NCBI RefSeq assembly: GCF_006345805.1
Contig: NC_043003.1
Span: forward strand, 29,388,001 to 29,452,000
Reading direction: 5' to 3'
DNA: 64,000 nt
From: Octopus sinensis
Taxonomy: Eukaryota
Made by a program: the position numbers and the translations under genes. Position 1 is the stretch's first letter, and every line of letters begins with the position of its first letter. This document shows, one piece after another, positions 1-12,485 of this stretch. The notes under the pieces were generated by a model. It saw nothing but the letters and a program-made list of their open reading frames with translations, made no database searches and was not told the DNA's origin.

Positions 1-600
1 ATGCTAGACAAAATGCATAACAGCATGGCTCCCAGCTCTTAACTTTCTGAGTTCAAGTACTACCTAGGTTGACTTTGCTTTTCATTCTTTTTGCTGTCAC
101 TAAAATAAAGTACCAGTCAATCACTAGGGTTGATGTAATTGAATTCCTTCTCCCTTCCACATTGCTGGCCTTGTTCTAGAATTAGAAAGATTTATTATGA
201 CTATGGATTAGCAGAATCATTAGAGTATCAGAGAAAGATTTTGCAGTATTTCTTCTAGCTCTGAGTTTCAAATTCCACATAGGTTTGCTTTGCCTTTCAT
301 CTCTCTTTGGTCAGTAAAATAGAGTACGAGCCGAGCACTGTCATTCGATATAATCAACTATTCCCCTCACCTAAATTTCAGACTTAGCTCTATGTTAGAA
401 ACAGTTATTATTATCACTCTTAAAGTGACAGTTTAGTAGAATCAGTAAAACAAGTTATTATGTATACCTCCTTATTTTGTGAGATCAAAGTCCACCTAGG
501 TTGACTTTGCCTGTCATTCTTCCAGTGGCTAATAAAATAAATAAAATCTGTCAAATACTAGGTCATCTTAAAAATTCTCTCCCTGTTATGTGAAAGATCA
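1..600 (+). mobile_element. Three decayed head-to-tail tRNA-derived SINEs (family A; central GACTTTGCCTTTCATCC...AAAATAAGTACCAG Nin/Deu-like domain)
   Basis: Motif series gagttcaa / gttgactttgc / taaaataaagtaccag / gatgtaattga recurs about 25 times in the window; best copies at 14150 and 36558. Confidence 0.75.
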
Positions 601-689
601 TTATTAGTAGCTGTACTGTTGAATCATTGAGGCATATTTAAATTGACTTGTTTTTGTCCCCTTTTTTTATGGTGGACTCTAGAAAAAGG

Positions 690-1230
690 GGCTATGTCCA
701 TGGCTTTTTACATGTATCTGAGACTGGTAACATTGATGTATAAAATGTTCTGGAACAAATACGAGTTGATGACTACAGGAAAACATGAACAGGGAGGGAA
801 TACCAAGGAGAAATGTTTTGGACCAGAAAGACTGGATGTAGTGGTTTGTGAGGCATTTGGGATTGATGAAGGGTAGGACACTAAGGGTCTCAAGAAGAGG
901 AGAGATTAGTGAATTGGTGTACCCAAACGAAGGTGACATGTTATCAGCCAGCTCTGAGGAGCAGAAGGGGGAAGTGACCACGCTCCAGCCTTTGAACCTG
1001 AGGTCAGAGTGTATTGTGACTAACCTTTTGATAATCATTTGGATGGCTTCATTTTGGTACTGCCTAAGATGTATTAACAGCACCATCCCTGATGTGCAGA
1101 CAGTATTGAGTATTGCATAGGGTTAATACTTTTGTTATTGTCTTGGCAATGTGCTGGGTCACTTTGATGCAAAGGTTAAAGCATAGTTGTCTGCATTATG
1201 AAATACATGGTTCTTGTCCTATGGACAGTT
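690..1230 (-). mobile_element. Degenerate 3' fragment of a CR1/Jockey-group LINE ORF2
   Basis: Minus ORF 679-1086 contains CSSELADNMSP...NHYIQSF, and an adjacent frame gives WYSLPVHVF, like the CSSELA-x-MPP...YLHSF...WNSLP-x-VFP tail of these LINEs. Frameshifted. Confidence 0.6.
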
Positions 1231-1247
1231 TTGCACTTTTCCTTTTA

Positions 1248-1400
1248 GGCAATGAATTGCCAAGTTGGTAGAGCATCAAATAAATTGCCTTGTGGTATTC
1301 ATCCTGGTTCTCTGCACACTGATTTCAAATCATGCTGAAATCAACTTTACCTTTTATCCTTTCAAAGTGGATGAATAAAGACTCAGTCATTTACTAGAAT
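1248..1400 (+). mobile_element. Decayed SINE family A
   Basis: ttcaaatc...caactttacc...tcctttcaaagtggatgaataaag motif series. Confidence 0.6.
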
Positions 1401-1779
1401 TTATTATCCCCCGCACCACCACCACCACCACCACTTTATTCTCTCCCTCTCAGAAATCATCAGCTGTAGTCAGATTTGGAGAGAAGTAGGTGCTCTGCCA
1501 GGCTAAAAATGCTCATGACATGCTGTATGTCATCATGGCACTCCTATGACTCTAACAGGAGTTGAGGATCCAAGGTGAGGTAAAGGAAGTTTTGACAATA
1601 CTGTCCATTAATTCCCCTTTTGGGCTTTCTGTTTTCTACATTAAGACACATGATCTAAAGACAGTCTTTTATTCTTTTGCAACTAAAGACAATATAAGTT
1701 AAAGGTTATGAATTACTTTACATTATATTGTTTAGTATAACTTGATATGTAAACTATTTGTTTTTTCTCTGTGTTTCAG

Positions 1780-1896
1780 ATCAAATGGGGTGCATGTGCA
1801 CTGGTATTGGCTGGGAACATAATTGTCTTCATCACAATACTTGGTTATTTCATTGTGTTTTCCAGTGACGAGTTTGACTACAACATGTGGTGTTAG
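1780..1896 (+). CDS. LEPROTL1: Terminal coding exon of leptin receptor overlapping transcript-like (Vps55/endospanin) protein
   Basis: Acceptor ttttttctctgtgtttcag at 1779; phase-0 translation [38 protein letters not shown], closely matching the remembered human LEPROTL1 C-terminus [38 protein letters not shown]. Upstream exons lie outside the window. Confidence 0.88.
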   Translation: [38 protein letters not shown]

Positions 1897-2149
1897 CTGT
1901 TGGCTAAACAAAGTCATCACCATCAACACCACCACCAACACCATCAACCACAAGCTTGGTTTGAAAGAAAGAACAAGCCATAGCAAGCAAGCATCATGGA
2001 AATTATTCATGCCTCACTCCACCCTCTTAAGCCTGGGTTTTCTATTGTTTTTAAAGCAAGATGATGTTCTAGAGAAACTGGGTGTTTCTTTAAAACTTTG
2101 ATCTGCCTTTATGATTGACTTTAAAACATCCACCAGCAAAACCCACTCT

Positions 2150-2400
2150 ATACATACATACATGTTTATATTATATATATATATAGACATGTAAAATACA
2201 TATGTAATATATATATATGTATATACATATGTAATATATATATATGTATACACATACAAAATGCATATGTAATATATATATATATATATATATATATACA
2301 AACACATACACACACATAAAATACATATGTAATATATATATATATATAATATGCAATATATATGATATACATAAAATATATAATATAATATATATATATA
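2150..2400. repeat. (TA)n/(TACA)n compound microsatellite
   Basis: Directly visible; similar tracts at 3038-3100, 3460-3500, 3720-3800, 4795-4850. Confidence 0.9.
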
Positions 2401-3034
2401 ATGAATAATTAGTTACACAAAGGTGTAAAATTGAGAAAAGGACAGGTACTCTATATGGTGAAATAGAGTGGTATATGATCTTTTTCAAAGCTGAAATCTT
2501 ACTGGTCATTACTCAGAGTTTCCTGTTGTTTTTGTTCATCTAGTGAGTAGTGATAATAACTGTGCTGGGTTTTATTTATACATGGAATATTCTACTGCCA
2601 AAACTAATTAACATAAACATGAAAAAAAAAAAAAAGAAATGAATAAAAATTACAAAATTTTGAAAATGTGAAAGACCAGCAAAATCGCAAGGATTGGTAG
2701 TTTTTGTGAAGGCAGATGTTAATGCCACCGGCTAAGGTGTGTGGTGACTCCTGGGTATATAACAGAAAGCAAATTATGGGCTAGGATTGGTCGAACCATA
2801 TGACAAGTTGAGCTCATAGGGCAAGGTGAAAATTGTGGGTGTGACACTCTGATTGGTTGAGCCATGATCATAAAACAGGGAACAAATTATTTGGTATGCT
2901 TGTGTGGGTGCATGTACAAGATAAAATAAATATAACAATAACTGAAAAATTATCTGAATAAAAGAAAATAAAAGTGAAGATAAGATAAGATAAGATTATG
3001 ATTAAAATAAAAGACAAGGTAGAGGACTCATTTA

Positions 3035-3099
<65 letters not shown>

Positions 3100-3466
3100 T
3101 AGATAGATATATGGTGTGTGAGGAAACATACATACACAGATTCTTATAGCTTTTGTATGCTTCTTTTATTCAATGTTTTTGTTAACTAGGTTTCCAAGTA
3201 AAATGTATACCAACTGTGAAATTCAAATTCCCATTGAGGTTATCACCAGTTACTTGATTAATAGAAACAGTAAACTCTGAATAGCACCATGCAAGATTTC
3301 AGCTCTGAATAAATTTTATGGTGTGTTTGATAATGAATGTTATGATAATGATTATTATTATAATTTTTTTTATTTTATAAAAAGCAAACTACTACTTGAT
3401 AAATGCTTGAGGTGGAAGAGTGTAAAATCTTTTGAAATGTGTGTCAGTGTGTGTGTGTGTGCATAT

Positions 3467-3498
<32 letters not shown>

Positions 3499-3767
3499 AT
3501 TATGTGTGTGTATGTGTGCTAACAAGGAATCAAAACTCATTCCTAGATTTATGATAGAGCTTGCCTCGTATAGAAGTGGTTGTAATCTTTAATAGGTATT
3601 TTGTGAACCCTGGAACACTTCCAACTAAGGCTTACTTTCCTTGTACATGAGGTAGCTGTATGGAACTTCACATATAAACCTTGAAATCCCTTGTTGCACT
3701 CTCACCTGCACATGTACCTATTTATATATATATATACATATGTGTATTTTCATATGTGTGTGTGTAC

Positions 3768-3798
<31 letters not shown>

Positions 3799-4504
3799 TA
3801 TTTACACACACCTGCACTCATACATACATGCTTACATACATGTTTACATATGCTTATATACAAAGATTCTTGCTTTTTGTGTGTGCTTGTATGTATGATG
3901 ACGTTACACACACTCACACACGTGCGCGCATACATGTATATATGTGTGCACATATGCATAAATATATACAGGAAGAAAGAGAAATTTAAATTTATCTTTT
4001 TTTTATTTTGTATCTTATCTATATATTTATTTATTCAATTTTTTTTGTCAATATTTGCCATGTCAAATATCACATACCGCCTGGTAACTTATGGCAACCA
4101 GCAGTCATTGACTCATGGGAGAGCAGTATTTTGTACTTAAATCTGATGAGATAGGTTGCCGTTGCAATGGAAAAGTCTCTGAAAGCTTAAATATGGTTGT
4201 AGAGGAGTAGGGAACATTCTAGACTGTCTAGAAGACTAATCTGGCAACATCTGGTAAAAACTGGTGTCTTTTTATTATCAGCTTGTAGTCTGATATGTAT
4301 GTATGTCACGTGTACATCCAAACATACATATAAATGTGCCATGTATGTTTGTGTGTGTGTATTTATACACGCACACACACATATATATATATATATTCAC
4401 ACATACATGTGTTCAGTTTAAGGGTATTGAAGAATGCGGATGAGAACTTAATCAAAATATAAGAGATAATATCAATGAATGAAACAAAGGGAAATGATAT
4501 TGTA

Positions 4505-4688
4505 TTATCTTACATGGGTTGTTCAATAATCCTATTTCAGGAAAAATTCCCGTTTACACATAAAAGAAAGGAGTTTGAAGAAATAGAAAGGAAACAAAAA
4601 TTTGGGGGAAATGTGTTATTTTCTTCTATTTATAAAAAGAATTTTCCCCAAAATATGATACATTCATAGAACAACCTATGTAAGATAA
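4505..4688. mobile_element. 184-bp Tc1/mariner-type MITE
   Basis: 20-bp TIRs TTATCTTACATGGGTTGTTC (4505-4524) and GAACAACCTATGTAAGATAA (4669-4688), one mismatch, flanked by TA on both sides. Confidence 0.75.
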
Positions 4689-4787
4689 TACCTTATCTTT
4701 TCTCTTTGTTATTCTACATCGTCATCTTAAATATTGTGCTTAACTTCTTATCTGCATTGCTCAAAGCCTTTTGCAAACATTTATCAC

Positions 4788-4827
<40 letters not shown>

Positions 4828-4909
4828 ATATATATGTATGTGTGTGTGTGTGCATTTGGACGTACAGATGAGAGCAGAAAAGTGTACACAATACATGCAC
4901 AATACATAC

Positions 4910-5008
4910 AGGTGGAGTTTCTTTCTTCAAAGCTGATAATTTGTTCAGTCACTACTCTGAGTTTCTCTGTTTTGAGTGTATATTTAAGCAACAAAGGTGT
5001 TTTTGATG
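4910..5008 (-). CDS. Putative 99-nt internal exon (phase 1/1) of an unidentified minus-strand transcript
   Basis: Minus strand gtcaag|CATCAAAA...CTCCACCT|gtatgt; one open frame, SKTPLLLKYTLKTEKLRVVTEQIISFEERNST. No homology recognised; could be chance within the LEPROTL1 3' region. Confidence 0.22.
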
Positions 5009-5569
5009 CTTGACAAATCACACACACGAGAAAATAGGAGTTACAATGGAGCAATTTCTCATCAGCTTCAAATAAATATATATATATTTATATGTGTGTA
5101 TGTGTTTGTAAACAGTTTGGTCTCTGTGACTTTCTCTTTCTCTCTCTCCCTCCTTCACTCTCTGCATCTCCCACCATCATCCAATATACTCAATTACTAA
5201 ATGTAGTAAAATTTTACTCATCAATTTTCTCATGTTAGAGACCTCTGCCATATCATTCTCCCTTCGTTTTTTTCTTCCACTTTCATTTGTGGTGAAACCT
5301 CCATTTTACATAAAATTAAAAAAACGCATATATGAAAAAAAAAGATCACCAACTTCAAAAAAAAAAAAAGCCCCCTCTAAGTTGTTTATTTTTTCAAAAA
5401 GCTGGAAATGAAGGAAAAAATTACAGAAAGAAAAAAAAAGACTCAAACCTCTCTGAATGAACAATTCAAATCAAAAACTGTAAGCAACTAAAGAAACACT
5501 TATTTTTTTTGACATTTTCCATCTTTCCTTCTAAAAGCCTACTATTTTACAATGCTATGATGATGATAA

Positions 5570-5601
<32 letters not shown>

Positions 5602-5617
5602 TATTATTATTATTATG

Positions 5618-6375
5618 GTGCAAGCTGGCAGAATTGTTAGTGTGTTGGACAAAATGCTTGGTTGCATTTCTTCTGGCTATACCAATTTCCATCCTTTCGA
5701 GGTTGATAAAATGAAATACCAGTCATGTTCTGGGGTTGATATAATTGACTAACCCTTTCCCTTTAAAACTGCTGGCCTTGTACCAAAATCTGAAACCATT
5801 ATTATTTTTGGCAGAATTGTTAGGGCATCAGGCAAAACACCTTGCTGTATTTCTTCTGGTTCTTCAAGTTTTTGAGTTCAAATCCTGCTGAGGTCAGCTT
5901 TGCCTTTAAGCCATCTGGGTCAGTAAAATAATGCATTAGTCAAGTCCTGAGGTAGGTATAATTGATTACTCCCTCCCCTCAGAATTGCTGCCCTTGTCTC
6001 TAAATTACAAAGTGCAGTGAACTCGCAGAATCAGTAGATGACTTGTGGTATTTGTTCTGGCTCTTTACATTCTGAGTTCAAATCCCACCAAGATCAATTT
6101 GTCTTTCATCCTTTCAGGGGTTGCTAATCTTGTACAGAAATTTGAAAGAATTATTATTACTATTATTAAGCCAGTGAGCTGGTAGAATTGTTAGAGCATT
6201 AAACGAAATGCTTCGTGGCATTTCTTTTGGTTCTTTGCATTCTGAGTTCAAATTCTGCCAAGACCAGCTTTGCCTTTCAGGATCAGCAAGATAAAGTACC
6301 AGCCAAGCACAGATCAATGGTACTGACTACCCCCTCCCCCTCAGAATTGTTGGCCTTGTGCCAAAATTAGCAATC
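5618..6375 (+). mobile_element. Chain of four SINE family A copies between (ATT)n tracts
   Basis: Heads gagctggcagaattgttag-like at about 5622, 5808 and 6175; partial copy at about 6015; (ATT)n at 5570-5615 and 6378-6440. Confidence 0.8.
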
Positions 6376-6624
6376 ATTATTATTATCATTATTATTATTA
6401 TTATTATTATTAATATTATTTTAAGTATTTTTATTATTATTGTCATTTTTACGTGTGAAATAAAAGTATAAAGAAATTCTACTGTCTTGAGATTATTCAG
6501 ATTTTTTTTGCATAAACTTCAAATGATAGTATTTTTGTTTTGTTTTTTTTTTCAATCATTTTAACCTTGTTAATGCTAAACTGTCCAATACCATCTTTGT
6601 TCCAAAACACTGGCTTAAAATTCA

Positions 6625-6790
6625 TTGTCATCATCATTTTAACATTCACTTTTGCATGCTTGCATGTATCAGATGGTATTTGTTGAGGCAGATTTTCTAC
6701 ACCTTATGCCCTTTGTGTTGCCAACTCTCACTTGTTTTCAAGCTAGGTAATATTTCCCCATGGTCAGCTGTGTGATAGTGATGCTTGCTT
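6625..6790 (-). mobile_element. Short copy of the RTE LINE 3' end
   Basis: catcatcattttaacattcacttttgcatgc is the reverse complement of the ...gcatggaaagcagacgttaaacgatgatgat tail at 30510-30545. Confidence 0.6.
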
Positions 6791-7035
6791 ACAACCATCA
6801 CATGATGTCAAGACAAGGTTGTACATTTATACAAATACATCCATTGGCATACACACACACACTCCTGCACATATATACAATAAGTTACTTTCAGTTTCCA
6901 TTTGTCAAATCCTCTCACAAGGCTTTGGTCAGCTTGGGGCTACACTAGAAGACATACCCAAAGTGCTCTGCAGTTGGACTGAATCCAAGACCCCATGGCT
7001 AGGAAGCAAGCTTCTTAACCTCACAGCCATGCCTA
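6790..7035 (-). mobile_element. tRNA-derived SINE family B (CORE-like domain)
   Basis: ttcagtttcc...ctcacaaggctttggtcagc...gggctacactagaagacatacccaa motif shared with the 8893, 12010 and 32960 copies. Confidence 0.7.
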
Positions 7036-7039
7036 CACC

Positions 7040-7270
7040 TATCATCATCATCATCACTGTCATTTAACGTCTGTTTTTCTATGCTGTCATGGGTTAGATG
7101 GTTTGAGTGGGATTAGTTAGCTGGAGAGTTGAACCAGGTCCCAGTGTTTTGGCTTGGTTTCTATTGTTGGATGCCCTTCCTAATGCCAACCACTCCACAG
7201 AGAGTGCTGGGTGTCTTTTACATGTCACCGGCATTGATGTCTTTTATGTGTCACTGGCATGGGTGCACTT
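7040..7270 (-). mobile_element. Short copy of the RTE LINE 3' UTR
   Basis: ggatgcccttcctaatgccaaccactcc is the reverse complement of gagtggttggcattaggaagggcatcc in the RTE UTR. Confidence 0.75.
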
Positions 7271-7519
7271 TACGTTTATTTAATTGAATCATAGAAGTTG
7301 TTTTTGTTTTGAAAAAATTATGTGAAATATATAGACTGTTTTTCCTTGTCAGTCATCATCACTGTTTTTAATATCCATTTTCCCACACCTGCAAGGGCCA
7401 GACAGAATTTGTTATGGCAGATTTTATACATCTGGATGTTCTTTCTGTCACCAACCCTCATCAGTTTTCCAAGCAATATCATTTTCCTCCATGGCTGGAA
7501 ATGTTCACAGAAAATTAGA

Positions 7520-7705
7520 AACAAAAATCCACATGCAAACATACATTATGTGTGTGTGTGTGTGTGTGTGTGTACACAACTAACTGGCTTCTTTCAGTTT
7601 CTGTCCACATGCCCTTTAGTTGGTCCAGGGCTACTGAAGAAGACATGTGCCCTCCAAGGTGCCATGTGGTGTGGTTGAAAAGCAGACTTCTTAACCACAT
7701 AACAA
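7520..7705 (-). mobile_element. SINE family B, partial
   Basis: ggcttctttcagtttctgtc...gaagacatgtgccctccaaggtgcca. Confidence 0.65.
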
Positions 7706-7936
7706 TGCCTGCACCTGCTATAGGTGAGAAACAGGGGTAGAATATCTGAAGCATGAGTGGTAAGGTGACAAATTTTGCAACATCTCTAAAAGGATTTCCT
7801 ATAGTGGCATCTTTATAGTCTAAAATTTCTAACCAGAATGTCTCAGTATTAGGTGTATTTGCTAAATGGATGCTATTGTAGCATACACTCGAGTGAAATT
7901 CCTCTCCCCGCTTTATTATATATATGTGCATTCGAA

Positions 7937-8880
7937 TGTAACAGGTAACACCTAGCCTTTGGTCGCTATTTGGACCCCATTGTGCCCACTGCTCTGATTG
8001 GTTGATATTGGCACAATTCGTCCCTTACTCTGTTGCGCCATGTATAACCAGTTGGAGCCTCTGAATAAAATCACGAGACAGCCTGTTCTCAACCTAGTTT
8101 TTGAGCCTACAGCTCCTTATAAAAACTCACCTCCTTTTCGAGGTCTTTTTTAGGTCTGGCCATTGACCACACAAGACACAGTCAGTTTCAGTGACAACAC
8201 CACAGCAGCCACGTTGAAACTTACCAACTTTGTCCAACAGCATTACAGCAACCTCCGTCTTCATCACTACCATTATGTCCTTAAGGTCATCACCATCATC
8301 TCTCTACATACACAGCTCAGGAAGCAACTCCCCCAGATTCCAACACTTCACTGTTTGTGAATTACTTCACCATGGATCAACAGCAAATATATAATCTGCA
8401 AGAACTCCTGTATCAAGTGACCAAGGCAGCAGCATGACAGCCACAACTTCATATATGACATGTACCTGCAACTGGCTCAGTATCATGGCCACAACTCCTT
8501 GATACAGTTTTACAACTACCATATTCAATTGACTACAAACTGGTATTTTAATCTTACTTGTGTATATGAACTTTCTTCTCACTTCAGTGGCTATAGATTC
8601 TTTCACTGTCTCCTTCATTGCCATTCTTATATGTTCTTAACACACACATACATCTTAGCTTACATGCATACATACATTTGTTCTCATGATAACCTGTCTA
8701 TTATTCTGTATACATGACGCACACATAGACACACATGTTGTTATATCAATAAATCTTCTCTTAATCATTCTATGTTGTTGTGTCTCATTTCCCTGTCACT
8801 TATATGTACCATTCAATTATATATTTATTGTAAGGGCTGTGTGATGTACTAAAGACCCATTCTCGACACCTCACATTACA
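7937..8880 (+). mobile_element. Probable orphan LTR (944 bp)
   Basis: Begins TGTAA and ends TTACA; contains a reverse CCAAT (gattgg, about 7996), TATAAAA (about 8118) and AATAAA (about 8749); immediately followed by TGGTCC (PBS-like). No TSD found. Confidence 0.55.
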
Positions 8881-8892
8881 TGGTCCCATTAC

Positions 8893-9096
8893 ACTCTTTT
8901 ACTTGTTTTAGTCATGTGACTGTGGCCATGCTGGAGCACCGCCTTTAGTCGAGCAAATCGACCCCAGGACTTATTCTTTGTAAGCCTAGTACTTATTCTA
9001 TCAGTCTCTTGCCAAACTGCTAAGTTACAGGGATGTAAACACACCAGCATCGGTTGTCAAGCGATATTGGAGGAACAAACACAGACACACAAACAT

Positions 9097-9129
<33 letters not shown>

Positions 9130-9265
9130 CATATATATGATGGGCTTCTTTCAGTTTCGGTCTACCAAATCTACTCACAAGACTTTGATCGGCCCGAGGC
9201 TATAGTAGAAGACACTTGCCCAAGGTGCCACACATGTGGTTCGTAAGCAAGCTACTTGTCACTCC
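8893..9265 (-). mobile_element. Near full-length SINE family B
   Basis: actcttttacttgttttagtcatg...gtcgagcaaatcgacccc...gaagacacttgcccaaggtgcca...ctcctacgcct; low divergence. Confidence 0.85.
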
Positions 9266-10300
9266 TACGCCTATTAAATCGAATTTCAACTGAAGCAATT
9301 TTTTCATTGAAATGCTTCCAAGACAGGCAAAATTGGCTCTTAAATGTTTCAAAATATTCTCCACTGAAAAACATTTGATATTCCTCTGTATATTAAAGCT
9401 TACAGCCAAACATTGCTTAAATCCCTTACAAAGACAGAGTAATGACTGATGTGCTCTCTTATGGATATTATTTTCTTTGGTAGCTGTTACAGTCTTCTGT
9501 TATCTTTCTCTAAAACCTGTAGCCTAAATTTGGTTTAGGATTAAGAAATTCTTCAATAAAAGCATCAGGATTAAGACGATCAGTTGTACATGTTGGCAAT
9601 ACTATAATATTAGCAATATATTTGATCAAATTTAAGAGATCTACAAGTAATTCTATGTTGTCAGCAGAGTTTGATTTAAACAGTTTATTCACTTCTTGAA
9701 CATATTTTAGAATTGAATGCAAAAATAAAAGGAAAAGTTCATTCCTAGACTCACAAAATATTTCGCGTGGTGTTAGAGCTGTAAAGCACTTCTCTTTTGT
9801 ACTTTAAGTTAATTATTGAGTTTGTAATTCAAATCAAGCCATTGGCTTAAAATTCTACTTACAGTTGGTTTTATTGACAGCCACCTAGTTGCACAAGAAT
9901 TCAAAATATTCAAAGGCTCCTTATTATTGATAGGAAGATATAGCTGCCTGTAAAGAGGCCCATCTATAGGTTTCAGATACTAAAAAAGTTTAATCTCTGG
10001 GGAGACATTCAGCACAGGGATACTACCAACTGTAAAGAATGACATACACATTTAAATAGAAGCAATGATGGAATTTCCTCTTTTAATTTCCAGAAAACAC
10101 CATTGTTGATTCTTATCATTACACTGGTATTGTTTGTTCCTGTGGCCAGCAAATTTTTCATGTGAGGAGCTCAAGTGCTGACATGAGTTATCCCCTGTAC
10201 TCTGCACCTGGCCATGGCTGAAAAGGTATCAATAAAGTACTCGATAACCTTTTATTTGGAGTAACATTAAAGTAAAAGAAGAAAAAATTCAATAATAACT
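9266..10300 (-). mobile_element. hAT transposase fossil (frameshifted)
   Basis: Minus frames give NNTSVMIRINNGVFWKLKEEIPSLLLFKCVCHSLQL (CxxH), EPLNILNSCATRWLSI (TRW motif) and LHSILKYVQEVNKLF...FLNPKPNLGYRF. Confidence 0.85.
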
Positions 10301-11694
10301 GATTTAATAAAATTTGGCCATAAAATACTTCAAAAGAAAAAAAAACACGAGGAGGAAAAGAGAAGGAAAATGGATTAACTATTGTGAAAATGTCATGATC
10401 AGATAAAAATTCTAAATAAATTTTTCAACCTTACTTTCCCTGCTAAATACTTGTTTCAAAATTTTCCTGCTAAATGCTTAGAGAAAGAAAAAAATGCTAA
10501 GGTGACATTTTTTTATAAATATAAATTATAAACACACACACACTGTCAAGGCTACATCTTTGGCCTCTTTGATAGCCTCTCATCTTTCTAATATACCTAT
10601 CACACTCCTCTTTAATCAAATGTTAGTCTATCATTCATGCCACTGTCACCCATGCTTCTATCAACCATGCCTTTATCACTCATGTTGCTATCACTCATGC
10701 TCCAATTATTTATCACTCACTCACTAAATCCTCTTCACACTTTCATTGTACTGTACAGTCACTGTAACTAAGGATAGCAGTAGACCTCTTTGGTTAGCTT
10801 TACATATCAACGAAAGATGCTAAGGGACTAACCTGGCCCTTTCTCCAAACTTCATCTCGTATCCTTTTCAACATATCTCTCTCACCATGTTGAGGTATAT
10901 CCATATGAGACCTCATTAAACATTCATGTATCTGACATTACTGAAACACCTCCTTGGCCATCATTCACTCTTACCATTTATCTGCTTCTTGCTATCCCTC
11001 GCTCTCTCGCCCCTATACTCTCCAGGGCAGGTTCCACAGTAAAATACACCTAATACTCTAGGTGTAGAGTTGTGAGGACCCTTAAGTCTCCTAGAAGACA
11101 TAGCAACCTCTCTAAAGCTGGTGCTTAATATGAAGAACCTCCAGCAAGACTTGATACAGTGGCAAGGTTTAAGTAGATGGATAGACACAGAAAGTAAAAA
11201 AAAGTTGTAAAAGCTATTTGAGGCTGGATAGAAGCAGTGAGTTTTAGTAATGAAGAGAATGTTTCAGTTATGGTATTCAACAAGAAGGAAGGGTACAGTA
11301 CAGTAGCAGGTATACCACCTCTTAGCTTGTGGAGTGACAACACCAAGATTTGACCTACACCTGCAAATACAAGGAAACACCACGTCTTCAGCATAGGGTC
11401 TTTCTGACATCAATAAATACCTCGTATCTTGTAATAGTTTGTAGTTTGTAGTTTTTTTTAACCATCCTTTTCAAACTTACCATCATTCTCCACTTGCCTC
11501 TCAAATAGCCAACTTCTTATTAATTATTCTGTTGTGTCTGGGGAGAGTCATTTTCTTTTTGTGCCTTAAAATGTAACACACGCACCGGTAAAATTTCCAC
11601 TTATTTCTTATTTTTATTTTCCTAAAATTTTCATTGCGTCTTGCATCCTTTTCAATATTCTTGACTCTCAATAACAATTAGTTGTCTCCCTTAC

Positions 11695-11990
11695 ACATTT
11701 TAAAACATTTACTTGGTTTCTCGTCGATTATCTCCCATATTTGCCGTCGAAAATGCATGCGCTCGGCTTGGGCACGTTTTCTCTTATTTACTATTCCTCC
11801 TTTCTCAATTTGTCTTGCCAGCACTATCTGAAAACATCCCTCTTCAACGAAGGCGGTCTGTTTAGAATGTTGGACTTCTCTTCTTGACGACCAAACCAAT
11901 TTATTCAACCTTCAGACGATTTATATTTTCTGCCTGTCGAGGCAGACTTTCTCTACCCTCCCGAATCCTATTTAATTTCTTCCAGTTAGC
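11695..11990 (-). other. Possible first exon of a divergent transcript
   Basis: Locally CpG-rich, unique-looking sequence; minus strand ...TTTTAAAATGT|gtaagg (strong donor at 11694) with an AAAATG start context. Confidence 0.3.
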
Positions 11991-12009
11991 GATCTTTTGA
12001 TCTTTTATT

Positions 12010-12400
12010 CTTTATTTTTACTTGTTTCAGTCACTGGATTGCGGCCATACTGGTGTACTAGCTTGAAGGGTTTTGCTCGAACAAATCGACTCTCGTAATT
12101 ATTTTTTAAGCCTGTTACTTATTCCACCAGTTATAACTAAGTTAGTGTGGGCGTAAACAAACGGACACTGGTTGCCAAGCGTTAATGGGTGATAAACACT
12201 AAAGCACAGATATACGCGCGTGCGTGCGTGCACACACAATTCGACAGGTTTCTCTTAGTTTTCATCTACCAAATCCACTCTCAAGGCCATAATCTATCCA
12301 GAACTATAGTTGAAGAAACTTGCTCAAGGTGCCACATAGTGAAACTGAACTCGGAACCAAGTGGTCGAGAAGCAAACTCCTTGTTACACAGCCACGCCTG
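12010..12400 (-). mobile_element. SINE family B
   Basis: cttgtttcagtcactggattgcggccatac...ccactctcaaggc...gaagaaacttgctcaaggtgcca...cagccacgcctgcgcct. Confidence 0.8.
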
Positions 12401-12468
12401 CGCCTTAAATGTTTAAATTTTTTTCTCTTTCTCAAACGGTTGAAAGTAGGCAATATTTAATGTGTACA

Positions 12469-12481
12469 GTTGCCAGGCAAC
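12469..12481 (+). promoter_or_regulatory. RFX X-box (GTTGCCAGGCAAC)
   Basis: Exact fit to the GTNRCC-N(0-3)-RGYAAC palindromic consensus, in a CpG-enriched unique stretch upstream of the CCDC178-like gene. Confidence 0.7.
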
Positions 12482-12485
12482 GGTG

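Noticed and set aside
3636-3705. Minus-strand AG..GT segment (VRVQQGISRFICEVPYSYLMYKE)
   Set aside because: Open only in phase 0; in phase 1, as required by the 4910-5008 candidate, it stops after 12 codons. No homology recognised.
4135-4215. CTGATGAG...GAAAG hammerhead-like motif
   Set aside because: Stems I-III do not pair and there is no valid cleavage triplet.
10094-10225. Apparent + strand exon with gccATGg (MAEK) and a GT donor
   Set aside because: The same bases encode hAT transposase motifs on the minus strand, and splicing to 19790/19794 hits a stop; treated as chance.
10960-11430. Possible Gypsy integrase end or LTR
   Set aside because: No convincing protein motif, TG..CA boundary or TSD.
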